Shown: positions 37,660-50,454 of the stretch, piece after piece
Numbering within the stretch: the stretch's first letter is position 1
Layout: the number at the start of each line of letters is the position of its first letter
Assembly: GCF_028641065.1 (NCBI RefSeq)
Contig: NC_073405.1
Span: 14,508,001 to 14,572,000, forward strand
DNA: 64,000 nucleotides
Source: Leucoraja erinacea
Lineage: Eukaryota
Direction of reading: 5' to 3'
Position numbers and translations under genes: made by a program
Notes under the pieces: generated by a model
Seen by the model: the letters and a program-made list of their open reading frames with translations, nothing else
Databases searched by the model: none
What the model was told of the DNA's origin: nothing

Positions 37660-38480
37660 CCCACGTTCCCAACTGATCCATATCCTGTTATAATCTCGGA
37701 TATCTTTTTAACTGTCCACTGTATCATCAGTTTTTATGTCATCTGCAAATTTCTTAATAATCTTGTCATCTAAATCAAAAATGTCCATATCAAACAGCAG
37801 TTGAACCAGTACCAACCCCAGCAACACTCTACTGTTCACAAGCCTCCAATCAGAAAAAACCTCCACAACTATCCTTTCATTCCTTTCTCCAACTTGTATC
37901 CTCTTCATTATGTATCTTGTATCCTCTTCATTAGCTTGCCCTGGAAACCATGCAATCCAACCTTCCAGACTATCCTACCACGTGGGTCCTTGTCAAATTC
38001 AATATGGACAATGTCCAATGCCCTGCCCTCATCATCCAGTTTTCTGGCACCTCGTTTGTGACTGATAAACATGAAAAATAATCTCTTATCAGGGACCCAG
38101 TAATCACTTCTTTGGTTTCCCATTTCTGGGAAAGATCTCATTCAGCTCAGCTCACCCTTATCTGACACATGGCATCCTCCACTTTCTCCTTCTTTTTACT
38201 GAGTAGCTACAGATTATCTACGTACCTCTCCCTGAACTCACAATCTTCCAAGTCATTCTCCTTGGTGAATACAGATGAGAAGTATTCATTTAGGACCTCA
38301 CTGACATTGCCCAGCTCCACACGTAGATCACCACCTTGATCCCAAGGGGGCCCCTTTCTTTCCTACATTACCCTCTTACTCCAGATATAAAGGAGAATAC
38401 AAAGGCATTCTTTAAGTATCTTACATGTCAAGGATATTTCGTGACCCCTTTTTCTCTCCTAATTTCATTCTTAAGTTCTC
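37660..38480 (-). mobile_element. Old CR1 ORF2 remnants
   Basis: LDDEGRALDIVHIEFDKDP; KKFADDIK. Confidence 0.7.
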
Positions 38481-39194
38481 TCGTGTTCACTGTATTCTTC
38501 AAAAGCCTCTCTCGACTCGACTCCCTCCCCTCCCCCTTGCCTGTATCTGCCACGTGATTTCTTTAAAGTATTTCAAGGATACAAGGATACAAAGGACATT
38601 TATTATCACATACACCAATGGTGTAGTGAAATATGACTCCTCTTTCCGTCCGGGAAGATGGAACATCCCCCCGACAATGCTTCCCACTGGGTGAACACGC
38701 CTCAGCGGCTTGGAATGTCTGGAGCAGCCGCTTCCTCCCAAAATCAGCGCTTTGATTTTGTTTAGGATATTATCCGTTATTGGCAAGAGACAGAATACAA
38801 GATCAGGCGTGTTAAAGGCGTCAAAGGTTACGGATGAAGGTAGGAGAATGGAGCTGAGAGGGAAAAATAGATCAGCCGTGATAAGATGGCGGAACAGACT
38901 CAATGGGCTGAATGGCCTAATTCTGCTCCTATGTCTTATACTGTAGTTATGTAATGCTCAAGCTATTGAACAAACTACTGCACAGTGCACATTTCTGGTC
39001 ACCACACGATAAGAAGTATGTGATAGCTGTGGTGGGGGGTGCAGAGAATTTTGACGAGGATGTTGGCAAGGCAGCAGAAGTTTAGTTAGATGGGGAGATT
39101 GACTAAGATAGCAGTTTTTACTTGGGAAAGGAGCAGAGTCAGCGAAAAACTAACCTGTGCACCTAGAACTTTGATAGTTACTAATAATTTTATA

Positions 39195-39553
39195 AAATTT
39201 TAAAAATTGATCATAAATCAGATCTGATCAGGTCATGATGGAAATATCATGTGGAAACACTTTGCTTTGAAATGTTTTTAAAACACATCATGTCACACTG
39301 TATCATACAGCATGGAAACAGGCCCTTCGACCCCAATGAACGAGATTAATATTTATTATCCTACAGTATAGAAGCACTGAGGTTAGATACCAGGCTGAAT
39401 GAAGATCACCATCACCAACAAAAAGAGCATTGTGCTGAGAACATAGTAGCTCAAAATAATTTTTAAAAATAATCATAAATCAGTTCTGATCAGGTCATGA
39501 TGGAAATATCGTGTGGGAACACTTTGCTTTGAAATGTTTTTAAAACATCTGTC
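39195..39553. repeat. ~95-bp direct repeat pair (39195-39297 and 39457-39553)
   Basis: atcataaatcag(a/t)tctgatcaggtcatgatggaaatatc(a/g)tgtgg(a/g)aacactttgctttgaaatgtttttaaaaca occurs twice. Confidence 0.9.
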
Positions 39554-39902
39554 ATAATTATATATGACCTTCCATGCCCTGAAACTTATCTAGCGATATC
39601 CATTGCTCAATTAAACTACTTAAGAAACTACTGTAATCAAAATTAATTCTATCTGTACATCATGATACATGTGTGTTTGACAATAAACTCTACTTGTTTT
39701 GCAAAATTTAACTTGCAGGCACAGAGTTCAAAGATTATTTTCATGTTTTCATTTTCACTGAAGACTTGTTTGTTAGTTAGGACAATCTTGGAGATGGAGT
39801 GGGCCAATTGAAGCAGGGTATTGTGATAGATCCTCCCTAATATTCCTACTGGAAATTCAGTGGTAAATTGAATAAATGGACACTGCTGTGCACCAGCTAC
39901 AT

Positions 39903-40335
39903 CAGTGGCTCCCAACCTTTTTTTGGCCATGCCCCACCTAATCACCTCTAAAATCCTGATGCCCCCCCCCCCCCCCCTTGCTTTCCCTTGAAAGAAAACG
40001 GAGGAAACTTAGCAAAAGCTCTTTGAATCGCATTTCTAAATCCAATTCAATAAATAAGGTTCTCCCATGACCTCGCGCGCTTCGTGCGACGTGCATGAAG
40101 AGCGATGGCGTGTTGATTATGTACTAACTACACAATAAAGACCTTTTTTACCCCAAAAAAATTATTTACTCAAAATAACATCTGAAACATAAACTACATA
40201 TGTTTACCTGATGGAAAATCCAAAAAAATAAAAATCAAAAATTTGGACCCAGACCTCCTCAGGCGCGCTCAATTGCCCCCCTTAAAAATCAAATTGCCCC
40301 CCTGTGGGGCGTACGCCCCACGTTGGGAACCACTG
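39903..40335. mobile_element. hAT (Charlie-like) MITE
   Basis: TIR CAGTGGCTCCCAAC...GTTGGGAACCACTG with perfect 8-bp TSD AGCTACAT (39895-39902, 40336-40343). Confidence 0.93.
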
Positions 40336-42177
40336 AGCTACATTGACTAACAGGACAGCACATTAATGTATAAAGTCAAAGAGACATCAAGCAGCTTGAA
40401 GAGAGTTTAACTTGTCCATGTTATCTGCAGGGAGAGAGTGTCTATCGTTGGACTATGGACATCCCTGATAAGCTGAATTCTTGGAATCTTGTCAGCCAGA
40501 GTGTCATTGGCCAGCACTTTGCACCTCACCAACCTCCTGCACACTGCACACAGAGGCAGCTGGCAAAGCTAAACGACCAAAAGGCTAAGCAAGACTATTC
40601 CATTTGCTAATTCCCCTCATTAGCTTACTTTGTGCAACCGCTGATTACTAACTGCTCTCGTCTTTATTTTCAGTATAAATTATCTTGAAAGGAAAAAAAT
40701 GGGCTAATTTCATATTTGTAAACTAAATTGACAAAATGGGCAGATGGGTTTAGCCCCTTGGTATCAATCTGTCAACTGTGTGAATATCAGGCAATTCATT
40801 GTCCCACCACTTCACAGTCTAATTGTGAGGAGACCAGTAATTGGGAAAGACTAGGGAGGTTGGCATCACAGGGCCTGAGATCGGAGCAGTCAGAAATATA
40901 GAAACAGGAACTGCAGATGCTAGATTATTAAAAAAATATTGCTGGAGTAATTCAGCACGTTAGGCAGTATCCCCATGGGACATGGATAGGTAATATTTTG
41001 GGTTGCGACCCTTCCTGAGACTAATTGTGTGTGGAGGGTGGGGAGAAAGCTAGAAGAGAGGAGAGGAAGGACAAAGCCTGGCAGCAATATTTGGAGAGCA
41101 GAGCAGTACAGGAATCCAAGTGTTAAGGGCAGGTGAGGTGGGGGTGGAAATTACAGGACTCGAATAAGTTCAAGGTCATAGAATCATAGTTATACAGCGC
41201 AGAACCAGGCCCTTCAGCCCAACACATGCTGATCTAGGGTGATGGAGGAACTGAAGGAAATACACATTAGTCAGGAAATGGTGCTGGTTAGACTGATTGG
41301 ATTGAAGGCTGATATCTGCTCCAGGTCGGGAATTCTGCACCACCTACGGAAAAATTTGACATACAGAACTTTTGCCACGACTGTAAAAAATTTAATCACT
41401 TCATGAAATGTTTCCATTCTTGTGCGACTCATTCCTCACCAAGACAAAAATATGCACCTGTTAATACAAGAACCTACTGATAACGAGTTTCAAGAGATGG
41501 ACGCGGCATTCCCTGCTCTCCTCCCTGTGAGCCAGGATAGCAGTTCAGCCATTCACTCTCTCGCGCCCAGTTGCTGCAGAACAACCACTGACCGTGCCCC
41601 CTGCAGCTCTCCACAGCGTTCGGCACCCTACTCGCCAGCTTCGCAGCCTCAACTCTACGGGTCCCCAGTGCCGTCCCTGGTGAAAGGAGGAGACGCGGAT
41701 TTATACCGCCCGCACGCACACCGGATGGGTCTGTAGGCCACCTTTTAGATATGGAGATTGTGTAACCATCCATATGTCACTGTATGCGTTATTATCGTTT
41801 CGGGTACCGTACTATTTAGCCATCACTTAGTGTTTCTGCTTATTGGCACTTGAGTTGTGCTTTATTTCATTTCTACAAGGAAAGATGTAGATTGGTTACT
41901 TCATACTAACCAATTGTAGTGCTCTATTAGTAGAAGCTCTGCCTACTACGCGATTTATATCATCAGAATCCAGTTCATACAGTCAGTTGGAGTAGCTGTT
42001 ACGCTTGCCTTAACATTATGCTGAAGTGTACTGCGAGTAGACTTTAATAAATATGTTGCACCATGTTGTGCAAGTGACTGACCTTATTACAGTTGTCAAG
42101 TAAAAGATTGGTTAATTAAGAACATCCTCTTGGAGATATGTGTCATTGTTTTAACAAAACTTATGCTTTATGAAGAA

Positions 42178-43085
42178 CTAGACCAAAGGGTATTCGTTGG
42201 ATCCCGTCCCCTCAACGCGCAGTTGCGGGGGAAGGCGATCTTCGGCATTACACACACTCTAACCCCCCCCCCTTGTTATTATATTAATATTATTCATTCA
42301 CTCCTTTTACCCCATCCCCCGCCCTATCCACTCATCAGATTCAATTTCAATTTTAATTGTCATTGTCAGTGTACAGTACAGAGACAACAAAATGCATTAT
42401 CCTGCATAATCCCCAACTGCGCAGGTGCGGCTAGAGAGCGGGAGGGGGTAGAGAGAGGGAGGTGGGTAGAGATTGAGGGGTGGGGGGGGGCACAGCATCA
42501 CAGGGGAGGGCTGATTCCTGAACGCAATACTCCAACACTCACCCATAGGTCCCAATATTCACCACTCCCCTAGACAGGGGGGGGGGGGGGGGCAGAGAGG
42601 GGGGGGGCCGAGAGGAATGGAGGGGCAGAGAGGAAGGAGGGGGGGGAAGGGCAGAGAGAAAGCCCCCCCCCTCTCTTCCTCCTCCCCCCCCTCTCCCTCC
42701 ACCCCCTCTCTCTTTCTCTGCCCCGGGGAGGGGGTAGAGAGGGAGGGGTAGAGGCAGCACCTACCCAGGTCTTAGAGCTCTTTGTGGCGTCATCACTCGG
42801 GTGCGCCTCGGGGTATCTCGGGTTCCGTCGGGAAACCCGAGCTGAGGTGCGAGCGTACTTCGTGTTCAGCAGCTGGAAAGTCTCGGAAGCCGTCGGAGCC
42901 CACTTGCTCGTCTTTTGAAGATTGGGGGGGGGGGGGGAGGGGGGAATATGTAAAAATTTCGCAGTTTCCGCGTCGGGGTTTCGAGGAGATGTGAATCACA
43001 TAATCACAGCTGACCGGTGAATTTCATTGGCTCATCCCCACCCCATCTCCCCCTTCGCCCCCCCCCCCCACTTTTTAAAGGACTT
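42178..43085 (-). mobile_element. Non-autonomous Helitron (diverged), with a Rex1 tail fragment at ~42335-42398
   Basis: Minus-strand end ...ccaacg...tttggtCTAG|T. Internal blocks shared with 57890-58040 and 5030-5150. 5' end not defined. Confidence 0.6.
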
Positions 43086-43227
43086 AAGTGACCCTTCCCG
43101 TACACTGTGGTTTCACCGCCTCAATTACAGCGCCAACCTTCCTGTTCATCGTGATGTGTGCCTGTATCACATTAGCTTTGCATCGTGTGAATTTCACTCA
43201 GATTTGTCCTGTCCCTCGCCTGCATAT

Positions 43228-43371
43228 NNNNNNNNNNNNNNNNNNNNNNNNNNNNNNNNNNNNNNNNNNNNNNNNNNNNNNNNNNNNNNNNNNNNNNNNN
43301 NNNNNNNNNNNNNNNNNNNNNNNNNNNNNNNNNNNNNNNNNNNNNNNNNNNNNNNNNNNNNNNNNNNNNNN
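43228..43371. other. Assembly gap (144 N)
   Basis: N run. Confidence 1.
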
Positions 43372-43449
43372 CCGTCCAGTCGCCGGTTTTTCAGCGACCT
43401 GCTACGACTTGACAGTCGCCTGAAAAATCGGCTAAGTGGGACAGACCCA
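43372..43449. mobile_element. Right end of a Harbinger-like MITE (same family as 20771-21104)
   Basis: gcgacctgctacgact...aagtgggacagaccca followed by TTA. Confidence 0.75.
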
Positions 43450-44954
43450 TTAGGTACTTGATGGTCAGCATAGGCATGGAGGGCTGAAGTGCCTGTTTCT
43501 GCTGTCCGCGTGATTCCATGACACAATGACATATTGCCTGCCCTGCTGCATATCTCAGTTTTTGTTTTTTACTGCAGTTCAATAACCTGACCGCTATTGA
43601 CATTAGAAAATGGGAAATGTCTAACTGAACATTTGATAAGGTCATATGAAGGCCTGTATTGTGTATAGCATGATGCCAAAATACACGTGTGCATTAGTGC
43701 GACTCGTCACAGAAATGCATGGTAACTTTGCATTGAGGATTAGGTCTTAAACAGATATATCTCTAAAGTGATCACTTAAATGCAGTGGAATGGATTTGGC
43801 TAATTCAGACAGACGGCACAGGAAGCCAAGAGCACTCAGTCATCACAAACTTAGTGAAAAACAGGAAAGTTAAGGTTAATAAAGGTGCTATTGTCTTATT
43901 GCCTTTAATGCGCTTGTTAAAAGTTGCATAAACTAATGGCACAAAGATAAACAAGATAAAAAAGATAAGTTTGATCAAAGTGGCTGAAAACTGGCCAAAG
44001 TTAGGAACTAAATATTCAACACATTTGATATTTCATTTCTATGGAGAAGCTGGAGTGTTTCTGATAACAAGAATGAAATGGAAGGAAGCATAATAAAGGA
44101 TGTTCCCTCGAAAATCAAAATCATGACTACCTCTCTATCAACAACAGCACTGATTTCTGTATCACATGTGACTTACTAATCATAGACAGGATAGACTACA
44201 GGAAGATATTCCCCCAAATCAGTACTAGATAACATTAAATGCCGTGGATTTAGGCTGCCGGGTGGGAGATTTGGAGGGGATCTAAGATGTACCTTTTTGT
44301 CCCAGCTAAAAGGCCACACAGCTAGAGTTAAACTTGTGTAATCAAGTCAGATAAAAACTGACATTGCTGCCAGCGATGTTGATTTTAGTGGGCACTGTGC
44401 TTGGGCAGGTTGAAGTAGCTTGGGTTTAGCAGATATATTCCCGCCTTGTGATCTGGGAGGTTTCTGCTGCCCTGTCAGACTCCATGGGGAGCCTGGCACA
44501 CATGCTTGGTGGCAGTGCTCCAGCACCACAGCCTCCACTGGGTGTAGCCCAGTTACAGGTATAGGTGCTAGTAGATCAGAGCTGACCTCCGACCTAGAGT
44601 TAGAGGTTTATCTGGTTGTTCAAAACTATAATCAAACAAAGCCATTATAAAATACATGAGTCAATTTAGACAGTCCTAAAGCACAGAAAAAAAGCTGTTT
44701 GACCCATTGTGTCAATGCCAACATTGGCTGAGGTAGATTGGGATCAAAAGATTTTGTGGCAAACAAACAACAATGGTTTAAAGAAACAATTTGTCATTTG
44801 AAACCAATATACACCCCTTTGAAAGAATGCAAACACTATTAGATCAACATTGCACCCAAAATTAAGTTGAGGAATTAAAGAATTAAGCACAGGAATTTCA
44901 CTGGAAAAGTTGAGATTGTGCTCCTGGGACCAAAGGAAATTTAGAAGAGATTTA

Positions 44955-45237
44955 ATTTAGTTTAGAGATACACTGCGGAACAGGCCCTTTAGTCCACACC
45001 AACCAATGATCACTACACTAGTTCTATCCTACACACTAGGGACAATTTTCGGAAGCCAATTAACCTACAAACCAGCTGATCATTGGAATGTGGGACAAAA
45101 CTGGAGCACTGGGAGAAATCCCACATGGTCACAGGGAGAACCTACAAACTCCATTCAGACAGCACCCATAGTCAGGATCGAACCCGGGTCTCAGGCGCCG
45201 TCTCAACTAGCAATTCTACTGCTCCACCAGTTTGCGC
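44955..45237 (-). mobile_element. V-SINE (HE1-like)
   Basis: B-box gggttcgatcc on minus; homologous to 34800-35120. Confidence 0.8.
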
Positions 45238-45979
45238 CCCTTTTTTTGATAGAGATATGCAAGACATGGGGGTTTAGGCTGGGTTAACGGAGGAGAACTG
45301 TTCCTATTTACTGCTGTTTCTCGGACAGCAACACATGTGAAGGGTAAAAGGTCCAGGGCAATGTAAGGAAATATCTGCCTGTTGGTGAACTTGGGAGGAA
45401 TTTTAAAGCTTACTCAAGGAAGAGTAGGAGAGTCTTGTGATGGACCCAACTTAACCAAAATCATTACTGTTTGTCTCTCCATGCACAGTTCACTGTAGGA
45501 TATCAGCTGCATTTTGAAAGGAATTCTTTGGCTCTGAAACACGTAAAAGTTTCCTGAGAACCCTGATCAAGTTCTAGAGAAACACAAAGCTTTCAGAAGC
45601 ACAGTGGTGATTGAAGAGCCGTCAAAAATCTCGGTCAACAGCATTTGCCCAAAGGTATTTACTCAGACTGAGGTTTGCTGTTCTTTACTTCCCTGTACTT
45701 TATGCAATTAGTCCAGGTAACAATGTCACTCAGAGCTACAGATGAACATTAAATTCTGGTTCGCAGTGGAGCTGTCTCCACATCCAATTCATCTGCCAGC
45801 TCTAATAAGATTCCACCAACAATCACATTTAGCTCTTGCCACCCCTTTCTGCACCTGATTCTGTTCACTGATCCGCTAATGACTAACACAGTACAGACAG
45901 AGAAGGATAATCTGACCCTGTTATCCCACTGCAACATTAACTCATAGGATCTCAGCTGACAAGAGATGTTCTCTTTTTT

Positions 45980-46172
45980 CTAAAGATACACATGAAATGC
46001 CGGAGTAACTCAGCAGCTCAGGCAGCATTTCTAGAGAAAAGCATTAGGTGATGTTTTGGGTCGAGACCCTTCTTCAGACCTCAGCCTAAAGAAGGGTCTC
46101 AACTCAAAATGTCACTTAATGCTTTTCTCCAGAGATGCTGCCTGATCCCTTGAGTCACTCCACATTTTTGTT
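45980..46172. mobile_element. Penelope pLTR hairpin (two inverted hammerhead-like modules)
   Basis: Arms ~46005-46080 and ~46085-46160 are reverse-complementary. Confidence 0.75.
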
Positions 46173-46626
46173 TTAAAGCATCCATGTTTTGGGCATTTTT
46201 AATTCACACCTCATCCTTGGTGCCTATATAATTTTTCAGTTAATTACATCATAACAATGTCCTGGGGCAGGGTTTTAATCATTTTGCAAAATGTATTCAG
46301 ACTACTTTGATCTGGTGGTGTTGCCTTTGTCAAGAATTCAATGTCACTTCTGCGCCTTCATGGGGGTCAAGGAAAGAGCGTTCACGTTGCGGCCCTGTTT
46401 TCACCAATCTTTTCACCACCACACACCAGAAGCGACAAGACAGACACCATTGTAATGCAGATGCCGGGAAGTGTGTTCAGCTCTGGCTGAACACCTTCTA
46501 ATCTTGTATGTGGACTCAATAAGAAGCACCTTCATACCCACTCAGGTTTCCCATTGCTTACAAACTGAATACGCAGAAGTTTTTTTCCTATTAATAACAT
46601 CTTTTAAGATTGAGGCAAAGGGAATC

Positions 46627-46721
46627 GGAAGAAGGGTCTCGACCCAAACTGTCACCCATTCCATCCCTCCGGAGATGCTGCCTGTCCCACTGAGTTACTC
46701 CAGCTTTTCGTGTCTATCTTC
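46627..46721 (+). mobile_element. Solo 95-bp hammerhead-like module with 6-bp direct repeat
   Basis: GGAATC at 46621-46626 and 46722-46727. Insert begins at the core (ggaagaagggtctcgaccc). Confidence 0.65.
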
Positions 46722-47799
46722 GGAATCTATCTTTCCCTGCCTTTCTCCACTCAGTTGAAGTGTTAACATTCCCATTTACCTGCTGTCTAATCTACTTCCT
46801 GAGGAAAAGAAAGGTGCCAAAATCTAATGTATGTATTTCACCAGCCAATACTTGCAGATCTATTGTTCAGACAGGAGGAGCTAACTGCCCTGTTGTGCCT
46901 TGCTATCATCAGGTTGTAGGATATGGTCAGCAGCTTCTTTAATGCCCCTAGGAAGGAATTATGGAGTCATATAGCATGGAAACAGGCCCTTGTCCCAACT
47001 TACCCATGCCGATAAAGATGCCCCATCTAAGCTAGTCCCATTTGCCCTGCATTTGGTCCTTATAGCTCTCTAAACCTTTCCTATCCAGGTACCTACCCAA
47101 ATGTAATGGAGTAATTGAGGGCTACAGCACGGAAACAGGTGCTTCAACCCACCATGTCTGTGACAATTGTCAACCACCATTTTTGCTGCACAATATCAGT
47201 AGCAGAGTGTGCATTACCCTAGGAGCAAGAAAGAGCACCGTCCCTCCTCACAAACGGCTGAGGGATGAATTAACCTGATCACTCTGACTGGAGACAAACA
47301 ATGAATCAACGTAGAAGGGCTGTAATAGGAGCCGTGGGAAAACCAGTCTTGGGCAGGCTAGTTGAACAGCAACAGAACAACTTTAGTACAGTAAAATGCC
47401 TCACAGAAGCTTTAATGAACGATTTAAAAATGGACTAATTAGATCGTAAAACATAATGTAAAATAATGCTGCAGATGATGGAAATCTGAGCCAAAACAAA
47501 GACTCTGCAAATCAGACAAGAACCATGGAAAGAGAAACAGTTTGTTTGTCCGAACAAAAGAAAGCAAAGTAAGTTTTAAGTTGCAGGGTAAGTGGGTAAG
47601 GGGTGGATGGGATAAAGGGGAAATCTGTGATAAGTTGGGACCACACTTGTTGTGGGGATGGAATAGTAATGGGGCAGTTGGGGAACTGAGCCAAGATCAC
47701 AGGTGAGTGGGTAACTTTGCCACACAGCAGTTTTAATCCAGACAGAAAAAGTGGGTTAGCAGAGGTTGGAGAATCCAATAGTATTTGGAAGGCTGTAGG

Positions 47800-48300
47800 G
47801 TAGATAGAAAATGCGATGCTGGGAATCACTGTATTGGGCCTAATTACAGCAATGAAGGCTGCTAGAGACAGATAGATCAGAGTGGAGTGGTCAGCTGAAT
47901 TAAAGTGTAAGGCAAAAGGAAGGTCAAGGTTACTCTGTGAACTAACACAAACCGAGAAGCCCAATTTGCAGATGGTTTCTCCAAAGCAGAGACCACATGG
48001 TGAATATTGAATGCAGCTGATCGCTTCTTCACCTGGAAAGACTGTTTGGATCCCAGGATGATGGGGAGGGAAGAGGTGAAAGGACAGGTGTTGCTTCGCC
48101 TGACTTGCATTGAAAAGGGTAACATGATGGGGGAGTAGTTGGTGGAGATGGAAGAGTGGACCTGGGAATCACCAGGGGAGGGATCCACGAAACGCTGAGA
48201 GAGCAGCACGTGTCTGATGGCAATCCTTTTGGAACGGTGGAAATTGTAAAGGATGATTCCCTGAAAACAGAAGTTAGTGGATTAGAAGACCAGGGGAATT
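47800..48300 (-). mobile_element. Old Penelope GIY-YIG region remnant
   Basis: NTCPFTSSLPIILGSKQSFQVK, HFNSADHS. Confidence 0.7.
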
Positions 48301-48570
48301 CTGGCTTCAACATAGCTGATGTTGTTTATATGGATTTTAGTAGGCTATTTGCTAAATTCTTTCATGGGTGTTACGAGTGTTATTTTGGAAGTGTTTTTTT
48401 GGCTGGACATCTATGACCAGCACAGTTCTGAGGGTAGATAGTGTAGGCAGGAACTGCAGATTTGAAATTAAATTGAATCTGAATCAGATGCTGGTTTACA
48501 CCAAAGATAGACCACAAAATGCTGGAGTAACCCAACGGGACAGGCAGCATCTCTGGAGAGAAGGAATGGG

Positions 48571-48600
48571 TGACGTTTCGGGTCGAGACCCATCTTCAGA
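48571..48600 (-). ncRNA. Minimal type I hammerhead ribozyme-like motif (intact core)
   Basis: CUGAAGA-U-GGGU(CUCG)ACCC-GAAAC-GUC. Helix III is reduced to palindromic ACGU; helix I is weak. Confidence 0.6.
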
Positions 48601-49819
48601 TATGTGCGTGTGTATATACACACACACACACACATACTAAGTTTGCTGTAAATTTGTAAAATTGGTGGAGTTTGAGACAGTGAAGAAGGATACAGTCAAA
48701 GGCTGTCAAAGTACACAGTGAGAAATAAATACGTTACAGATATGGGCAGAAAAATGGTGGGTGGAGTTTAATCCAAGCAAATGAGAGGTGTTGCACTTTG
48801 AGAGGTGCAATTTAATGGGAAGTATATAGGTTTGTCAATAGGTTTAACAACATTAGTGCACAAAGGGCTCTAGGGGTCCAAGTACTTAGTTCCATGAACA
48901 CAGGTATATAGAACAATAAAGAAGCTGTATGGTATGCTTGCCTTCATCGGTCAGGGCATTGAGTACAAGTCAGGTAGCAATATTGCAGTTTTACAAAACA
49001 TTGGTTAGACCACATTTGGAGTATTGTGTGTAGTTCTGGTCACCCCATTACAGGAAGGATGTGAAGGTTTGAAGAGGGTTCAGAAGAGGTTTACAAGAAT
49101 GTTTCCTAGATTAGAGGGTATTAGTTATCAGGAGAGATTGGACAAACTTGGATTGTTTTCTCTGGAGCATCAGAGGTCGATGGGAGAATTGATAGAAGTA
49201 CATAAACTTATGAAACTTTAACCAATTCATTTTGAAAATCCAAACATATCGTATCCACTGGCATTCCTTTATCCACTCTACCAGTTACATCCTCAAGAAA
49301 CTCCAGCAAGTTTAATAAACGCGATTCTCCTGTTATAAACACATGATGAATCTCTCCAGTTGGTTGAACGTTTCGAAGTGCCATACAATAACATCCTGTA
49401 TTACAAGTTCTAACAGTTCGCTCCTACGGATGTTGGGGTTCATCATCAGAGCGAAGAGAATTATCACCAACGTCTAAAATTGACACACGACGCGCTGAAA
49501 TTCTGCCCGAAAAACAGCATATACTGTACTTGCAACATCTGCCGAGAGAAGGGGCTGATGTTTGTCTTTAGTTGAGGATATCGTTATCGCAGTGGGGTGT
49601 AGAAGAGAAACTACTTCATCTTTGCTGTAAATGCCCCGTCTCACACATGCAGTTCAACAAGTGTGACAAGTGTTTTACTGACTATCGCCCTGAACTGAGC
49701 AAAGTAGAGCGAGGAAGGAGCCCTGCCAGCCAGCCAGCCGACGGGAGCCACTCCTGTCCCTGGACGGTACCGCCACCGCCACCCTCCCCCGGTTAAAGAG
49801 CCTACCCTGCGCCACTTAC

Positions 49820-50130
49820 CTGCGGCTGTTCGGTGCCTCGGGACTGGTGACCGGCCTCGCTTGCTGTCTAATACCGCTCTCAAGTCCAGAGTCCATCAGC
49901 TCGACTGGGACCACACCCAGCGGCAGAGGGGGGGAGAGGCAGGGCGGGCTCTGCTCCGCTTCCAGTCAGGCAGGATACTGGGCGGACGGAGAAGGAGCAG
50001 CGCCTTGTGAAGCGGCACTGACCCCGGGCGGAGAGAGTTCACTTGACCCTCCCGCAGTATGGACCTCACAACCCGTGCACCTTCCCGACCGCGGATCTCA
50101 TAGTAAAGCGGAGACACCGCCCCCTCCGGG
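49820..50130 (-). promoter_or_regulatory. CpG-rich candidate promoter / first exon of the MISP-like gene
   Basis: CpG-dense, non-repetitive segment with GC boxes (gggcgg) and a consensus donor CAG|GTAAGT at 49820/49819 on the gene's strand. Confidence 0.6.
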
Positions 50131-50144
50131 AGGAGAGCCACACG

Positions 50145-50400
50145 CCCCCCCCCCCCCCCTCCCCCCTCCCCCTCCCTCCCCTCCCCTCCCCCCCCCCCCC
50201 CCGCCTCCTCCCCCCCCCCCCCCTCCCCTCCTCCTCCCCCCCCCCCTCCTCCTCCTCCCCCCCCTCCTCCTCCCCCCCCTCCTCCACCCCCCCCTCCTCC
50301 TCCTCCCCCCCCCCTTCCCCCTCCCTCCCCTCCTCCTCCTCCTCCCCCACCCCCGTCACTCTTCACCCCATTCCACCTCCCCCCATCGCTCTCCCTCCCC
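50145..50400. repeat. Poly-pyrimidine (C/CCT) low-complexity tract
   Basis: Runs of C and CCT; G-quadruplex/triplex-prone on the minus strand. Confidence 0.9.
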
Positions 50401-50454
50401 ATCGCACTCCCTATCCCATGCTAAAGAAATTCCACCTCATCTCCAATCGTATGT

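Noticed and set aside
40390-40440. Good acceptor (ctctctccctgcag) followed by ATG GAC AAG on minus as a possible MISP start exon
   Set aside because: The frame stops after 10 codons, and the only donor is weak and in phase 2, incompatible with the phase-0 large exon.
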